Shown piece after piece: positions 10,633 through 24,889 of a stretch of DNA of 56,163 bases (positions within the stretch are counted from its first letter, which is position 1; the number at the start of each line of letters is the position of its first letter). The DNA is from Hydrurus foetidus (taxonomy: Eukaryota). A model generated the notes under the pieces. That model was not told the origin of the DNA and did no database searches. It saw only the letters and a program-made list of their open reading frames with translations. The DNA is taken from assembly GCA_900617105.1 (NCBI GenBank), contig UYFQ01000329.1:1-56163 (forward strand), read 5' to 3'. A program made the translations under genes and the position numbers.

Positions 10633-13600
10633 ATGGAGTATTCCCCTGAAATAATTGATGATCTCATGCTTGATCTGTCTTTGGCATCAGCTCTTCCACT
10701 GGCAAGTGGTGGACGTGATATGATTCGTGTAATAGCGTCCATCAACGCCATAGGATGCATTGCGAAAGACTTGACACCCAGAGAATTGAAGGCTCTCGAA
10801 TATGCTATCAGCCCATTGCTGAGTCTCATGGCTGCTGACATTGAAGAACCTTCCGCTGAGAAAGCAGCTTTTACATTGAGTTGCTTGATGGCTAGTAGGG
10901 TTTGCGTGAATCAGCTCGTGAGTAGTGAAGGTTTACTGACGATAGGCAAAGTGTTCGATGCACTCCTCAGCACGGACAGGAATTTAGATTTGGAGTCAGC
11001 TTCTGTCAGTAGATGTCTTGTCGAAAATCTCTCACTAGTCTACCGAAGTGTGAGTCTCCACTTTCCTTGGGAAGTGGTTCGTGTCGGAGCCATCAGACAT
11101 TGCGTGATGCTTCTTAGAAGAGGAGGTCTGACGGCTAGGACAAATGTGTGAGTCATAATATCTGCATGTAGCTTATGGATGTATCTATCGATATCGCATT
11201 GGTTGTTTTGTTCAGAGCAGTTCAACGACTCTGAAAATCAAGTTGATCAAGCTGCTTCGCCTCAACAGGAATCAGCCGTCAATATGCTCTTATTCTAACT
11301 TCTATTTACCAACTCCTAATGTAACTGCATGATAGCGCGGGTGTGCTTGCAGCACTGAGTGCTGATCTGGATATTTGCAAGCTGATGTTCGCAAATGGCG
11401 CTGTTAAGCCCATTCTGAATGTCTGTGACGCTGACGTCACCAACGAGCCGTGCATGCTGGCGGGATTGGGGTGTATAGCACAATTTGCACGGTAAATTCC
11501 TTCATGTTAACACATCATTCACGATCACGAGGATAAGTACTCGAACTGACCATGACAGAAAGTCGCGTAATGTTCCACAATGACTATAATCGTACATGAG
11601 ATAAAAACAGAGTCACGAAGAAATGAGATGGAGTCTAGTGTTTTATTGCTGATCCACTTTAACGTTGGACGCACACCATCACACAGCAGTTTCTGCGTTG
11701 TCGCTTATTGCTGTGTTCGTTTTTTAAGATCAACTCCATTGCATGGAATTCCCCTTGCAATCGTCCCTCATTCCTGCTGTGCTTTTTTCTTTTTCTGTCG
11801 TATCTTTTGTATTCAATTCCTTCTCTTACATTCCTTCTTTTCTGTTCTCTTTTATTTTATTATTCTATTATATTCTGTTCTATTCTATATTCTATTCTAT
11901 TCTATTCTATTCTATTCTATTCTATTCTATTCTATTCATATTGTTCTATTTCTTCAGTTTCTTTCCTTTGTTACTACTTCACCTTCTTTTCGCAGAATAT
12001 ACGACATATGCATTAAAATGGCTCGACAAGGAGTAGTGAAGGTGTTGGAAAAAGGCTTGCACAGAGAAACGGGCTACGCGCACTATGCGGTGAGTGAGTC
12101 AAATAGGTGATTTTTATGTTCAAATGTCTATTGAAGTATCGTGTTTTAGAGTTACCAAGTACACTGTTTCAGTCTATTGTCTTATGTGTTCAATCGGGTA
12201 CCAGCACAACGCGCAACAACACATCATACAGTATTTTTTATTCTGGGCGTTTTTTTAGGAAAAGTGCGTCTGTCTCTGTCTTCAAAAGTGCTCTCTTTTG
12301 TATTGTTGTTTATTGTGCTGGTATCCGATTAAATATCATTAGATAAATAAGTCACATACCACCGTTGTGTTTATCGCTGGTAAATGAAAAAAGAAAAAAA
12401 TGGTGTTTTCACTGAATGCAGTAAAAGGTAAAATGCGATGATATTTTTATTAGAAATTGCCATGATATGATGTAACATAATATTGTCCAACATTTCTTGT
12501 GATGTCATAATGTTTGATGAAAAAATATCAATAAGAGAAGTGTATGATTGTTGTAAAGAACGATGCTAGATTTCACGACTTCAATCTTATCTTACTAGTG
12601 GACATAAAAATGCACTTCTTATTGGGTAGATAAGAGAGAAGGCGGTGTGTGCTTTATTATGGCTGTCACAGACACAGCCTGTGAGGCATCTGATAGCAAC
12701 AGACGACATGCTGAGCGGATTAGTGAAACAATTCACCATAGGGTCAGAATCATCGAAATATCAAGTTGTTGAGATTCTACTGTGTTTGCATAGTACGTAC
12801 GATGCAGAGAAAGAGGTAGTGCTGATCAGACAAGTGAGAGACGATGTGTTTTCTCTCCTATCAACAGATCAATCGGAATGGAGACAGAGGAATATTGTGC
12901 TCAAGGCGATGTGCGTGCTGTACAGAACAAACGAGGATAAATGGTATTTCATGAATAACGGTATTTTAAAAATATTATTTGGCAGTATGACGGCCAAGTT
13001 AAAAGATCTCCAAGAATGTTCTTTTGTACTTTTACTTTCACTGTGCGCCCACCCAGATATACCTCCTATTATCATTCTCGAGGGTGGAGCAGAAGTGGTG
13101 AGTCAAATGCTCTCCACTCTCCCTCCTCCTGTCACAGCCGATCTGTGTGGGGTCATTCTGAAGACGTTAGCGCTGTACAACTGGGATGTCGTAGAGAATG
13201 CAGTGAGAGATAAAGTGCCTCACGACATCTACAATTCCAGCCTCCTTCGGTCACCTGACTGTGCATTATTCGGAAGTGAGCACGGACAGTTTGTAGAGGA
13301 GTACTTACAGAAAATTGTTTCTAATAGACGAAGTCAAACTTATTTGCTGCAGCAATTAAATGACGAAGAAATTCTTTCTCTAGGAATACCATCTAATTTA
13401 CTGGAATCTTATCAAAAGGTATCAGAAGAAATAATCATATAGAGAATAGATAATTCTGCATCGCAAAATCCGTTTTAATATCTATCTATTTAGTTTTAAA
13501 TATTCGATATCAATCGTCTCTTATCTTCTTTTGACACATTTTAGATATTTCAAAACCTCACAGTGCAGTAAAGCAACATCGGGTCATGTGCACAATCTAT

Positions 13601-15429
13601 CTGCTTTAATCTCCATTTCATGAATAACAAATCAGTAGCATGAATATTTATTTTCTCTTAAATTCCATCTAATTTTTGTGATATTTCCCTTTAGGGATTT
13701 ATGGAACTGGATCAAGCTTGCCGGGGATTCCTCGAAATAGATGCGGTATAAGATAATTATTTATAATCAAACTCTAGTCTTGGAGAAAATACTTTATTGA
13801 GTTACCAAACTATCATCTATTTACTACAATATTGCATCATTTGTTTTGTAATGCCATACTATACTATACCGCTCTATTTCTTACCTCACTGTTTCTTCTC
13901 CTCAGTTGAAGGTGGTGATGGTTCTGCTTGGAGAAAGTCTGGATGACGAAGAGCTCGAAGATATTTTCAACGAATACGACCCCTTGCTGACGGGAAGAAT
14001 GGTGCGATAAACACAATTAACACAGTCAAATTGAAGGAATTGTTTCAAACAGAATGTGACCTCTATTAGTCATGCTTATCTCTGTATTTTTGGCGCTGAC
14101 GAAACGTACGCTACATTCTCTGTCTTCCCGCAAGACACTACATCTACACATCTATCTTTATCTGAAAAAATACTTAGCATCACTATTAAAAAAACGAACA
14201 ATAGATGATGATATTTCTGGCACAATAAATGAAGTGTTGCGATGATTAGTACCTAGCAGTTATCATCTATACTAATTCAGCTTTCTCCTTGCTTATTCAA
14301 CTTTGTTCAATCACGCCTAAATAGGATTTTAAATCGTTTCTCAAATTGATGAAAGGCTGGAAAGAAAAGGTGAGGAAAATTTCTCAATTAAGTTTAGTCA
14401 AGTATTGAGTTGCGCCGTGTCGTTTTTGTTATTGTATTATATTATGTTGTATTGCAATTCATTTTTCTTTGCCGTGACTCATTGCAATCTCCGTACTATA
14501 TAGTGTTGAATGAATCGATATTGTATCGTAGTGGATTGCATTGTATGGTATTGCACTGTTTCAAATTGTATTGTGTTGTATTGTATTGTATTGCGTTCGG
14601 CATCGTACTGTACTGTACTGTACTGTTTCATTATTACCTAAAATTGAATTATTTGTCTTATTGGGTATATAGTTGTATTATTGTACAGTGTTGTATTTTG
14701 TTCCACTCAATTACCCATTTGATGACCTCCGTCTGCTTCACAAAGATAGATGCTAATTTCCATTTCACTAAATCCGTAAATCGTCAGTTCGGTATAGGAG
14801 CGACTGGGATGATGAACAACATTACACAAAGAGGAATATTGGGAAGAGCAAAGAAGACCATGGGTGCGTGGTGGAATCAAAATACAGTCGCGAAGAATGA
14901 GGTGAGATGTGTTGTTTCAATGTGTGGGTGGAGTTGTTGATGCATTTCATGTGCACGAAGGGATGTGTCCTGTAGTGTGGATGGTTTGCGTACGGACAGT
15001 TTAGTTACTACCGTGGCGAATAAGTACCGTACGTGCAATGTATGGGGAACAGTGCTGGAGGGAAGGCAGGCGGGGAGGGAGGGAGGGAGGAGGGATGAAT
15101 GTCAATGAAGCTGACTTCATAAGAGTAGGAATAGAAGTACCAACCTGTCCTGTTGGTCCTCTTCTATTTCCAATAACTTCAAATGATGGAAGTATATTTC
15201 ATCATGCAGTGCATTTCTCTCTTCAACATACTGCTGTTCAATTAAGGTCACACTATTTACCTCATCGCAGCTGCTACGAGTCAAAGCAAACAAAGCGGAG
15301 GAAAAAGCACAGATACAACTATTGGCTGAGAAGTATCTGCCCAATGAAGTTACACGGCTGCAAAGAAAAGAAGAAGAAATCAAGAGACCAAAAGCGTCTT
15401 CTCGAAAAATTTCTCCCGTATATTATTGA
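10633..15429 (+). CDS. Armadillo/HEAT-repeat protein with C-terminal calmodulin-like EF-hand pair
   Basis: About 9 exons (approx. 10633-11147, 11336-11491, 11996-12089, 12630-13418, 13695-13745, 13906-14001, 14325-14369, 14788-14901, 15271-15429). ARM-like segments (EKAAFTLSCL, RVGAIRHCVMLL, ANGAVKPIL, GILKILF). EF-hand-like FMELDQACRGFLEIDALKVVM..LGESLDDEELEDIFNEYDPLLTGRMDFKSFLKLM. Confidence 0.78.
11861..11937. repeat. (TATTC)n microsatellite, intronic
   Basis: Seen directly. Confidence 0.95.
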
Positions 15430-15849
15430 GATTAGAAAATACCAAATTTAATTACCGAGATAGATTATATCATCTCAACTATACTTACAGTAAAGAAGAT
15501 GGCTACCCCATATTTTCGCATGAAAGAATATGAGAGGTGTTTGGTATTTGTTTATCTGCGAAATAATGAATCGTGCTATTGAGGATATTAAGGGTAGAGA
15601 GATGATATCTTACTGCTACTCACATGCACTAAACATCCCCATACAGTTGCATCATAATTCAGCATTGATATTGTAGGAAAATAATTGTGATGAATATTTA
15701 AATGTAGCCGAATACACCCGGCTAAAATTATACAAGCAAAAATTAGATATAAATACGAGTACGAATACGAGCACACTTCAAAGATATCGTTATAATAATG
15801 ACCAACTTCTCCAGTAACACACTGAAAGCGGAGTAAAGCTACAGTGCAC

Positions 15850-17345
15850 CTACAGTTGATTGGAAGGAACCAAACCAACCAATTTTTCACTAATTTTCCA
15901 GAGCTTTTCAGCAGCTGATAAATCCAATGCACATTTCCCCATAGGGATAGACTGACAATGGAAATAATACTTTCCTCCACTTTCATCGAGATCAGGAGAC
16001 GTTGCTAGGTGGATTGATGTGTAGGCGCCCTCTACTGCCGACTTGCGTAGAGGGACTACAGTGGGGCAACAGATTGCATTGGCGACTCTTACGATGACGT
16101 GAAGGTCTCTCGTGATGTCTGTGAACACACAGCCGGGGTGCAGAGAGTTGCAAGTCACTTTCGACCCCTTAGCTTTCATCCTATTCAATATTATTCAGTT
16201 TTACGAGATATTATGCAGCTCAATAATATGTACGATTTTAATACATCAGCATATATTGGAACACAGCGGTGTGTTGTGATGTCAGTATTATCAACAGAGA
16301 TTCAGAATATAACATTGTCACACTATCTTTATCTTCATATAAAAAAGTAGTGTTCGTAACTACACTCATCAAATTGCGTTGACAAAGCAGATTAAAAATA
16401 ATGAGTACTGCAGTATTGCTGTGTCTACCTTCTTTGCAGTTCCGTAGTGAAAAGCATCATCGCTAATTTAGACTGTGCGTACGTGCCAAAAAGAGAAAAG
16501 CTCTTGTCGGACATAATATTGTCAAAATCATAGTGAGTCAGCAACTTGTGCATGGTAGAAGCCACATTCACCACCCTGCCATTACTCTTCTCAAGCTCTG
16601 GTAGAAGCAGATTAGTTAACAAGAAATGACCCAAGTAGTTAACCACGAAAACTCTTTCAAATCCTTCTTCAGTTAGATGTCTTTGGGACATCATAACACC
16701 AGCATTATTGATCAGAGCGTGTAAGGGAAGATTCAGTGCCTGAAAGTCTACTGCAAATTGCCTCACTGAAGTGGTGACAGAAAGATCCAACTGCATAACA
16801 ATTATCTTTCCTTTCTGACATTTTGTTTGTTCTATTATTAGATCCCGCGCAACTTGAGCTTTCTCTATCGATCTGCAGGCCAGAATGATTGTCCCGCCCA
16901 TGGCGACTATGTGTTTTGCTGTTTCGAATCCCAGACCTAAGAATTGACGCGGAATCATTGCGATTAAAGTCATAGAAATATTCTTGATAACTGACTCAAA
17001 AAAATGACAATAGAAGTATACTTGATAAATGCAGCGTGCAAGAGTACCTGCATTAGAACCAGTAATGATATACACTCTGCCATCAACATTTGATGACTTG
17101 TACTTGCGTCCTGATACATAGTGTTTATGCAGCCACCAAATGAAAGCTGATGCTGCAACTGCTATGATCATGTTCGCAATTAGTTGCTCAGATTCTGACA
17201 GATTCCCACTACACGATTGTGCCAATATAAGAAGAACACAGAAGCTCATCTGTAGAAGGCAGTCAGATATACTATCGCACTCGAAGAATAGTAAACGGAA
17301 TATAGATAATATGACCGCGTATGCCAGGCCCACAAAGCCCAACAT
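15850..17345 (-). CDS. Short-chain dehydrogenase/reductase, retinol dehydrogenase 11-14-like, with hydrophobic N-terminus
   Basis: ITGSNAG|LGFETA Rossmann motif (split by intron 16937-17047), LINNAGVM, NYLGHFLL, catalytic YAQSK, LHPGCV, GGKYY. Second intron about 16181-16428. Start codon uncertain. Confidence 0.9.
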
Positions 17346-18260
17346 TGCCGAATACAGATAGAGAGTAGAAGCAAAGTTGTACTGAGTAGTAAATAGCTTT
17401 AGCACATGCAACAGTGACGAGCTTAAAACGGATGCAGGAGAGGATCCGTGGATGGAGGAGGCATCGGGATATAGGATGATTGATGGAGGAATTCCTGTGG
17501 TCATGTTCGAATAATGTAGGAAGCTTCGAGTAGGTTATGAGGACAAAACTGAGTGCGGAGTTACGACAGCAGCTGGAGCTCCACAAATTCTGGCAAATGC
17601 TCGATGGATTCCTCGCTCGTAGCGTTCAAATGCTGCTACTCGAATTCTGAAGAATGTGCTGTGGCATTCCCTGTTGGGAGTAGAGTACTTCAAAACTCAT
17701 AAGTGGAAAACAAAAAACAAGAACAGAGAAGTTGTTCAACGACTCCCTCACTTCGTTTCTGAATCCGTCAAAAATTCCAGCCGATTTTGTTCTGGAAAAA
17801 GAGGCGGAACTGAAATGTCGGCAGTTACTTTTTACTGTCGGAATGACTCTGCAAAGAGGGACTTCGAGAGAGGAGCTAGGGCAAATCAGTTCTACTTGAT
17901 CCAATTGCACTGCACATGATTCTCTAACGAGTCCCTTCAATAGGATCAGTAACTTTCACTTCAGGCTTTACTTTGACACCGTCGCTTTCGAGAGGTCGAG
18001 TTGAACTTGAATTGGAGAAATCGGAATTATATGTACATTCTCCACTGCCGTGTAGCAACTGCTCCATTTCTTGTTTTAAATATACATTTTCAGCTGCCGG
18101 AACCAATTGCATTACGACGTAGATGAATCGGGACATAGAAGAAAATCGAGAAAAAGAGGGGATGTTGAGAGTACTTTACAGAGAAAAAAACAAAAACACA
18201 GCAGAATATATGTGTTGACGGATACAGTATACAAAGTACGGAATATTTCGAGTTGAGGAT

Positions 18261-18412
18261 TCATTCATCGTCATCGTCATCGTCATCATAGTTCGCAGAG
18301 TTCTGATTGTTATTTTGCATGTTGTAGTCAGGAGTCTGAGCACTTGCCGCTGCTGCCGCGGCATTGTAAGCACTGGCCTGAAGGGCGGGAAGTGAATGAG
18401 AGAAAAGGGAAA

Positions 18413-18466
<54 letters not shown>

Positions 18467-21400
18467 AAAGTTATGGAGATGCCCTTCATTACATAAGGGA
18501 AGAAATAGTACGTATGTGCGTACGTACCTGTTCCTGCTGTGCGGAGAGGGACCCGTAGGACGAAGCTGCCCAAGTCGTGGGGTACACGGATTGCATGGCC
18601 AACTCAATATCCTATCGCGAGTAATAGGAAGGGGGAGGGGAGAAAAGAAAGAGGGAATGGAACAGAGAATCGGTATGGATGTGAGAAGAAAAAAGAAGAG
18701 ATGGATGGATGAATGAATGAATGAATAAACTTAGGCATAGAAGAGAAAGAAAGAGCGAGAGAAAAATAGACGTCGTCAATTTGACGGGATTTAATTTAAT
18801 TTAATTTAATTGAATTTAATTGAATTGACTTGAATGCGCACCTGCATTCTCAGTGGTCTAAGAGGGATCTCGGACCATTTGATTCCATCACCATCGACTT
18901 CGCTTAACAAGCTACTCAAATCCTTATTCTTGGTCTTGTTGTTGTTGTTTTTGTTCTCCTCTCTATACTTCCTTGCTAGTGCAGTATCTCTCTTTTGAAC
19001 TGTTGTTCTTCTCTCTTGCTGCAAAACACTCACAGCTGCGCCACACAGGGCAGTGATGTCGCTGGAAGTGTAACCGTCAGTGAGAGACGCACACGCCTCG
19101 AAGTCTATGTCAGAGCTCTTAGTTACTCCGCGTAAAATCGCTCTGAAGACAGCTGCCCTCGTTTTCTTGTCAGGGGGGCCTAAAGGAGAGCATAAAGGAG
19201 ATGGGATGATTATGTGAAGGAGAGAGAATAAAGGGGAGGGGAGGGGGGAATACGAAGGAGAGAGAGGGAGGGACAATGGGAGGGAGGGAGAATATAAATG
19301 GGTGCGAAAATGTCAGTGAGTGTGGGACGAGTTCTTGTCTCTGGAAATTATCACGAATAATGAATAATCATGTCAAGATAGGATGCATTGGTTTCGACGT
19401 CATAGCGATGCACCAAGACGGCATGGCATTTGAGCGCATTAATCACCGACTAAAAATGATCGCTGGAATCTTCTTTGCACTGCAGCGTCCAAATCCTAAA
19501 GATATCAAATAAGATGAGAAAATACCAAATTTGAGAAACGTCATCTGTAATTTGTTCTTTCGCCCACACTCGCTGAGTCGGTGATTCAAGGAGTGAGAGA
19601 TTTTCTGCTATTAGATCGTTATATGAATTGCAGTCAGCAATCTTCTGCGCGTAATACCTGTCTCAAAGAGTGTGCCAGTGAGTGAGAGAGAATGTATGAG
19701 TGAGTAGGTGATGTAAAAAGCGCTCGATTGCACATCAATACAGCACATTAAAACAACATAGAGGAGAAACAGAGAAAGAGAGAGCCTGCAGTATACTGCA
19801 TGAGAAGAAGGGAGGGCAAGATCGAGTGCTAATTCACTTCACAACCTGAGGCCTGTTAGTGGCGCCGACAATCATCACTCGAGGAGACGCACTGACACTA
19901 CCGTTAGGTCCTGGTGTGGGCACAGCGAGATCATCCCACAGCTGCATAACTGAGCATGGGAAGGGGAAGACAGTAAGGGAGAGGAGAGATAGAGGCAGTA
20001 AAGGGGAGAAAGAGAGAAAGGGAATGGAAGGGTGAAAGGGAATGTAAGAGGGAGAAAGAGAGAAAGGGAATGTAAGAAGGAGAGAAGATGATAAGGAGGG
20101 AGAAGATAAGAGATGCAAAACACCATAACACGTGGTACATTTCCATGCTTAGTCCCATCCCTACTCGGACACTATACTTTACAGCACCGCAACACTTCAA
20201 ATCCGTTACATCACTTTACACAACATTGTTTTACATTACGCTACACTGCACTGCACTGCACTACACAACAATATTTTTAAACACACCACCCTATGCGTCA
20301 CAATGCCATTGTTCTACTCTATTCTACTCTACTCTACTCTACTCTACTCTACTCTACTCTACTCTACTCGAACTCACATTCCGTGATGAGATCTCTACTA
20401 TGTCCATGGTCTTGGTCATTGCTCTGTCTTGCCCTAAAGAGCGCGTCCATCTCATCAATGAACACCATACATGGCTGGATTTTGGCCGCAGCCGTAAAGA
20501 TTGCGCGGGTAATACGGGGAGTTTCTCCCACATATTTCCTCAATAGCATAGAGGGGATTATACGGATAATGGGTATATTTGTCTTTTTAGAGAGAGCTTG
20601 AATTAGGGCTGTTTTGCCACATCCTAGAAGTAGTAGTGTGGAAAATATTGAAAAGTAAAAGTAGGGAAATGCAGCATCAGCTGTAGCAGTATGCTGCAAT
20701 ATTCGCAGAGGCAGTATCAAATAAATCAGATTATTCAGAGCTAATAATACGACTTCAAATTAAATGTGGTCAAATGTCTGACAAGAAACACGTTTTTAAC
20801 TCCACATAACTCAACTCAATTCAACATAACACAACTCAATTCAACATAACACAATTCTATTCAGTTTTACTCAATATAGGTCAACTTACCGGGTGGTCCG
20901 AAAAGCAATACCCCCGAAATAGGCTTAATGCGTCCTTCTCCCCCCACTTCTTCGGGCGAAATCAATCCGGTCACACAGTGGTAAAGACCTGCAGTGTGTA
21001 TACATTGTTGAGTAGAAGTTGCGTATTGCGTGTTCCTACTAGAAGCACTGTTTACTGTGTTGTACAGAGTCATCAATATTTCAACTCTTGTGGAGTTTTG
21101 TCGCTCAAGAGTTTGTGGTTTGTGTGTTTTATCGTGCTGTTATTTTGTATTTTATATTTTGGGTTATCCATGCACATAATGTTATACATCAGCGCCATGT
21201 GTCTACCATGTTATCAAGATTGCAAGGGAAGGAAACATGTTCAGAACTTTGCACCACATCAGCAAGTTCGTCAGAGAAACAATTCGAATATTCTGTTCTG
21301 TCACTACTCTCTGGTACTGCTTGCGCGGATATATTTGTGTATTTCATCTATTTGCATCACCTCATAAAGTAGATCATTCTGTAAAACTATCACATCAACA

Positions 21401-22515
21401 GTACAGCAAAAAGAAACTTCTCCTGCAGTTTAAAAGAAAATTTTCCCTTTCTTGCCCTAACAGTACCAGACTGTACCCGCTCCGTTTGTAAACATACTGT
21501 CGAAACACCCAATTTGAATTGCAGTTGCAGTATCTATTTTGGCTTATCATTAGCGGTCACTTTCTCCCAATAAGATCAAGGCTGAAGGATTTCCAATACA
21601 GGTTTCTCACAGAGGTATTGCAGACGGCTCAAGGGACGTGTTTCACTGCTGATCCACTTCAATAAAACGGCACCACTACAAACGACAATCCAGGCACTAA
21701 TTAAAAAAACATGTGTGAATTGTCGTTTATAGGGATGGGTCCAGCATGGAAGTGGATCAGCTGATCAGCAGTAAAATACGCGCCTCGAGCTTACAGAGTT
21801 GAATGTACATCAGCAATGAAAGTCAGAACCAAACCGTACCTAATTTAATGTCTCGAAGACCTCCGAGTCCCTTAAAAGAATGCTCCGACTGTGAGGGGTC
21901 CGTAACGGTCTGCCGCAGTTACCATAGACGCGCAAAGAAAGTTAGTTTGTCATAGTCAGTTAGATACTTATTTGAGGAGAGCGACCTAGCAGCTCATTAT
22001 GAGTCATTTTTAATGTGGCAAAATTCTGTAAAATAACGACCTGTAAAGGCTATGATGCTCACCTGTAATATTTCCAGTTCGAAAGAGTTCAGCGTGCAGT
22101 TCGGCTTCAGCAATTTCGTGACATTCGGGTGTAATCCTAGATTGTCTCCAGATTTATAATCTGGCTTGAATGCACTTATCAAAGATTCACCAGCGTTACC
22201 CAAAGACTGGCCTATCTGCGAGAAAAGTCTGTAGTAAAACACCATCCCGGTAATAGTCAGAAGTCCTTTGATAACGTTCTCCATCAACTCATCCCTGCTG
22301 ATACTGCTCTGATGCCTTAATATTGCAAGCCGTTTGTCCAACTTATCATTGTCAGTCTCTGGAAAGCTGATGCTGTCGGAACCACTTTTCTTCTGCTTCC
22401 CAAAGAATTCGAACCCATTTTGACGTGGATTTCTCGAGTCAGCTAGAAAGCACAGGAGTAGTAGAAAGAGACCGACGAAATGAAAGCGCTTTGACACATA
22501 CTTCTTCCGTGTCAT
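18261..22515 (-). CDS. AAA+ ATPase, MSP1/ATAD1-like, with N-terminal hydrophobic segments
   Basis: Multi-exon. LNSFELEIL, GLGGL, Walker A GVLLFGPPG|CGKT, KYVGE, Walker B VFIDEMDALF, VGATNRPQ|DLDAAVQRRF, TDGYTSSDITALC. Acidic C-terminus ending at TGA 18261. Confidence 0.88.
18417..18462. repeat. (GA)n microsatellite, intronic
   Basis: Seen directly. Confidence 0.95.
20314..20369. repeat. (TACTC)n microsatellite, intronic
   Basis: Seen directly. Confidence 0.95.
21627..21790. mobile_element. Degenerate MITE-like element in AAA gene intron
   Basis: Imperfect terminal inverted repeat gctcaagggacgtgtttcactgctgatc / gatcagcagtaaaatacgcgcctcgagc, plus gatccacttc/gaagtggatc. No clear TSD. Confidence 0.5.
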
Positions 22516-23842
22516 CTCAATCAATAAATTCCAGTGATAGGAGCACTTGAATCCAGCTGTAGCGGATCTGTGGCATTCAGTTGATTTACTGTTCTAAGAA
22601 TGTTGCTGAGTGGGTTGTCGGATTGTCAATTTCTATCATGCTTCTTGCTCTGGTGTCCGTTGTTCAAAGTTCAAACACTTCATGTGACAGGTTTGGGTTC
22701 GGGTTCGGGATCCAGAATCCAGACCCAGACTTGCAATTGAATAATTTATTGAAGAACTGGGAACACAACAAATCTCAAATCTTCTTGAACTTCGTCTCAA
22801 CAACTCCACTCTACCCCACTTTTTTGAGGATGTGGCAGATAGGACTCTATTAGCACACTTCGTAAACCTCTAATACATAACAGATTCCTGTCATAACTTG
22901 AATACTCTGATGCACACCTGGCCAACGATTAATCGTGCCCGAAAAAATCTCGACGATTAAGTAGAAGATTTATCGTTGTTAAGAGTACGATAGCCGTTGC
23001 GACTAACTACTCCACTTATTCAGCACTCTTATGTAAAAAATTGAACTAATCAGAATTATACTCTTTTACAAATCTAGGTCTCTAGGAGAAGAGAAGTCCC
23101 ATTTATTCTGAAGAAATTCAATTCCTTTCACATTGAAAATGAGGCGTGAGTTTTCATTGAGGCATCTTTCATACCGCAGACAGTACATTCTGTGGTATGC
23201 GTGTGGGTATTTCATTGCCACAGTTGTCCTTGCATAATAGTAGCAGTCATAGACTATCTTTAAGTGCTCCGTCCCTTCAGTACTCGTCTCTACATTCAAC
23301 TGGAATACAAGATGCATGGCCAAGAGGAGATCGAGACGGCTGCGTGGACAGTACTTAGATGGCCCAGGTGGAAAAGAAAGTGACGCGTAAGTTCGTGGAT
23401 TGGAGTTGATTATTTATGCAGACAGAATATTAATCGGAATAACTACGTAACTAATTATGATGTAAAAAATGAATGGACTATCATTAATGACGTCCGATAA
23501 GAGGAGAACGCCATGAAATGGTTTTTTGAAAATAGGATGTCAAATAAATCTCAAACCGACTATGATGCCTCACTCATTCAGAAGCATCCCGGTAGTGCAT
23601 TATGAGAGGAAAAAGGTCGTAAAAAATGGGCTACGTTTCGCGAAGATAAGGCGGGTCGTTCAAGACCCGCCGGGTAGACGAAAACCCGCCTGCTTAAGGA
23701 CGGTACGCACAATAACAGTCCACTATATGCTGAGTGCGGTATTAAAAACGCGATGTCGTAGACCATCATCATTTCGAGGGGAGGCGGTTGCACTAATAGA
23801 AGATACTCTTCTAATTGAAGACTAGCAGTTCTTGACATGCAC

Positions 23843-24283
23843 TCAAATAGAAGGAGCCTCATCGTCGTCCTCGAGGAGTTCGTCCTCTTCAAAATTTTTC
23901 TTTTGCGGCTTAATTTCGGAGATGAAATGCGTACTGCTTAATGGTGCCGTCACCGTCAGGAAAAGGAAGTGTTGCTCCAGCCCAATATCCAGAGGTGGCG
24001 CTTGCCGGAAGCGGTTGTAATTATCAATGCAGTCTTCGACGAGGACTTTGAAACTTTCTTCGCTGTTGCAGTTGGCGACCTTCCGAACATCGTCATGACA
24101 GCCCATGATCAGGGCCGCCATATCGTTCACAGTTCTACTCTTCTTCATCCGACAGTTGTCGTATTCGGTCATAGAGCGTTTCTTATTCCGCGACTTGTAT
24201 GAGTGCAGGTAGTTCGCTTCTTCGTCATCCTTCGTCAGGAGAAGGCTGGTCAGGGTTGTCCTTCTTATCGCACAACTCATCAT
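23843..24283 (-). other. Hypothetical or decayed ORF (146 aa)
   Basis: Coding-like composition with acidic tail. Neighbouring frames suggest frameshifted extensions. No recognisable domain. Confidence 0.3.
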
Positions 24284-24820
24284 TACTAGGAGAGGGGCTT
24301 GAAGTTATGAGAACTCTGAGACCTTCACGGATGAAGGGCTTCGAGATCACTTGCTCTACGATGAAGTTGTGTTCGTTGTGAACCGGTCGTTGGCGCAGAT
24401 CGTTATGCTCTGCTGGTATTATTTGAAGCCAGCGACGTATTTACTGATGATGTTGAAGGAATGTAACTCAGAATGCAGTAGAGGATATCTCGGAAACTTT
24501 TCAAATGTGTTTCACTTTTGCTTTTTCCCCCCAATTTTTCTGTTCAAACTTCAACCTTCTACGTTTCAAGACCGAAGAATAGGTGGGGAAATGCTTGGTT
24601 GATGTTTTTACGGGTGTGTGTTGCGTTGTGTGTTGTGTTTCCTGCAACGTACGCACCAGAGTAAAAATTTGGGGTAGGAATTCTCATGTTGCAGATTCGT
24701 TTCGTAGTACGACAGCACAGTAGAATTGAAGTACGATATTATACCGGAGCAGAATAAAATATAAAATATCTGCTTTTCGTGCCGAAAACTCGAACACCCC
24801 TCGGGTCACGACCAAATCAC

Positions 24821-24889
24821 CCCACACCATACTAAAAAAGCAAAAAATCTGGGGAACCTTCCTCTTTTTAATTTTTAGTATGGTGTGGG
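24821..24889. repeat. 69-bp foldback with perfect 18-bp inverted repeat
   Basis: cccacaccatactaaaaa (24821-24838) / tttttagtatggtgtggg (24872-24889). Confidence 0.8.

Noticed and set aside
11580..12110. Hydrophobic ORFs such as (ILFYS)n, (YLSI)n at 36078-36395 and (RE)n at 18396-18716
   Set aside because: Translations of intronic microsatellites.
22690..22732. Imperfect hairpin gtttgggttcggg...ccagacccagac upstream of the AAA gene
   Set aside because: Short and mismatched, with no TSD or second copy.
24780..24830. tRNA-like B box on the minus strand (gtgttcgagtt)
   Set aside because: No convincing A box spacing or cloverleaf.
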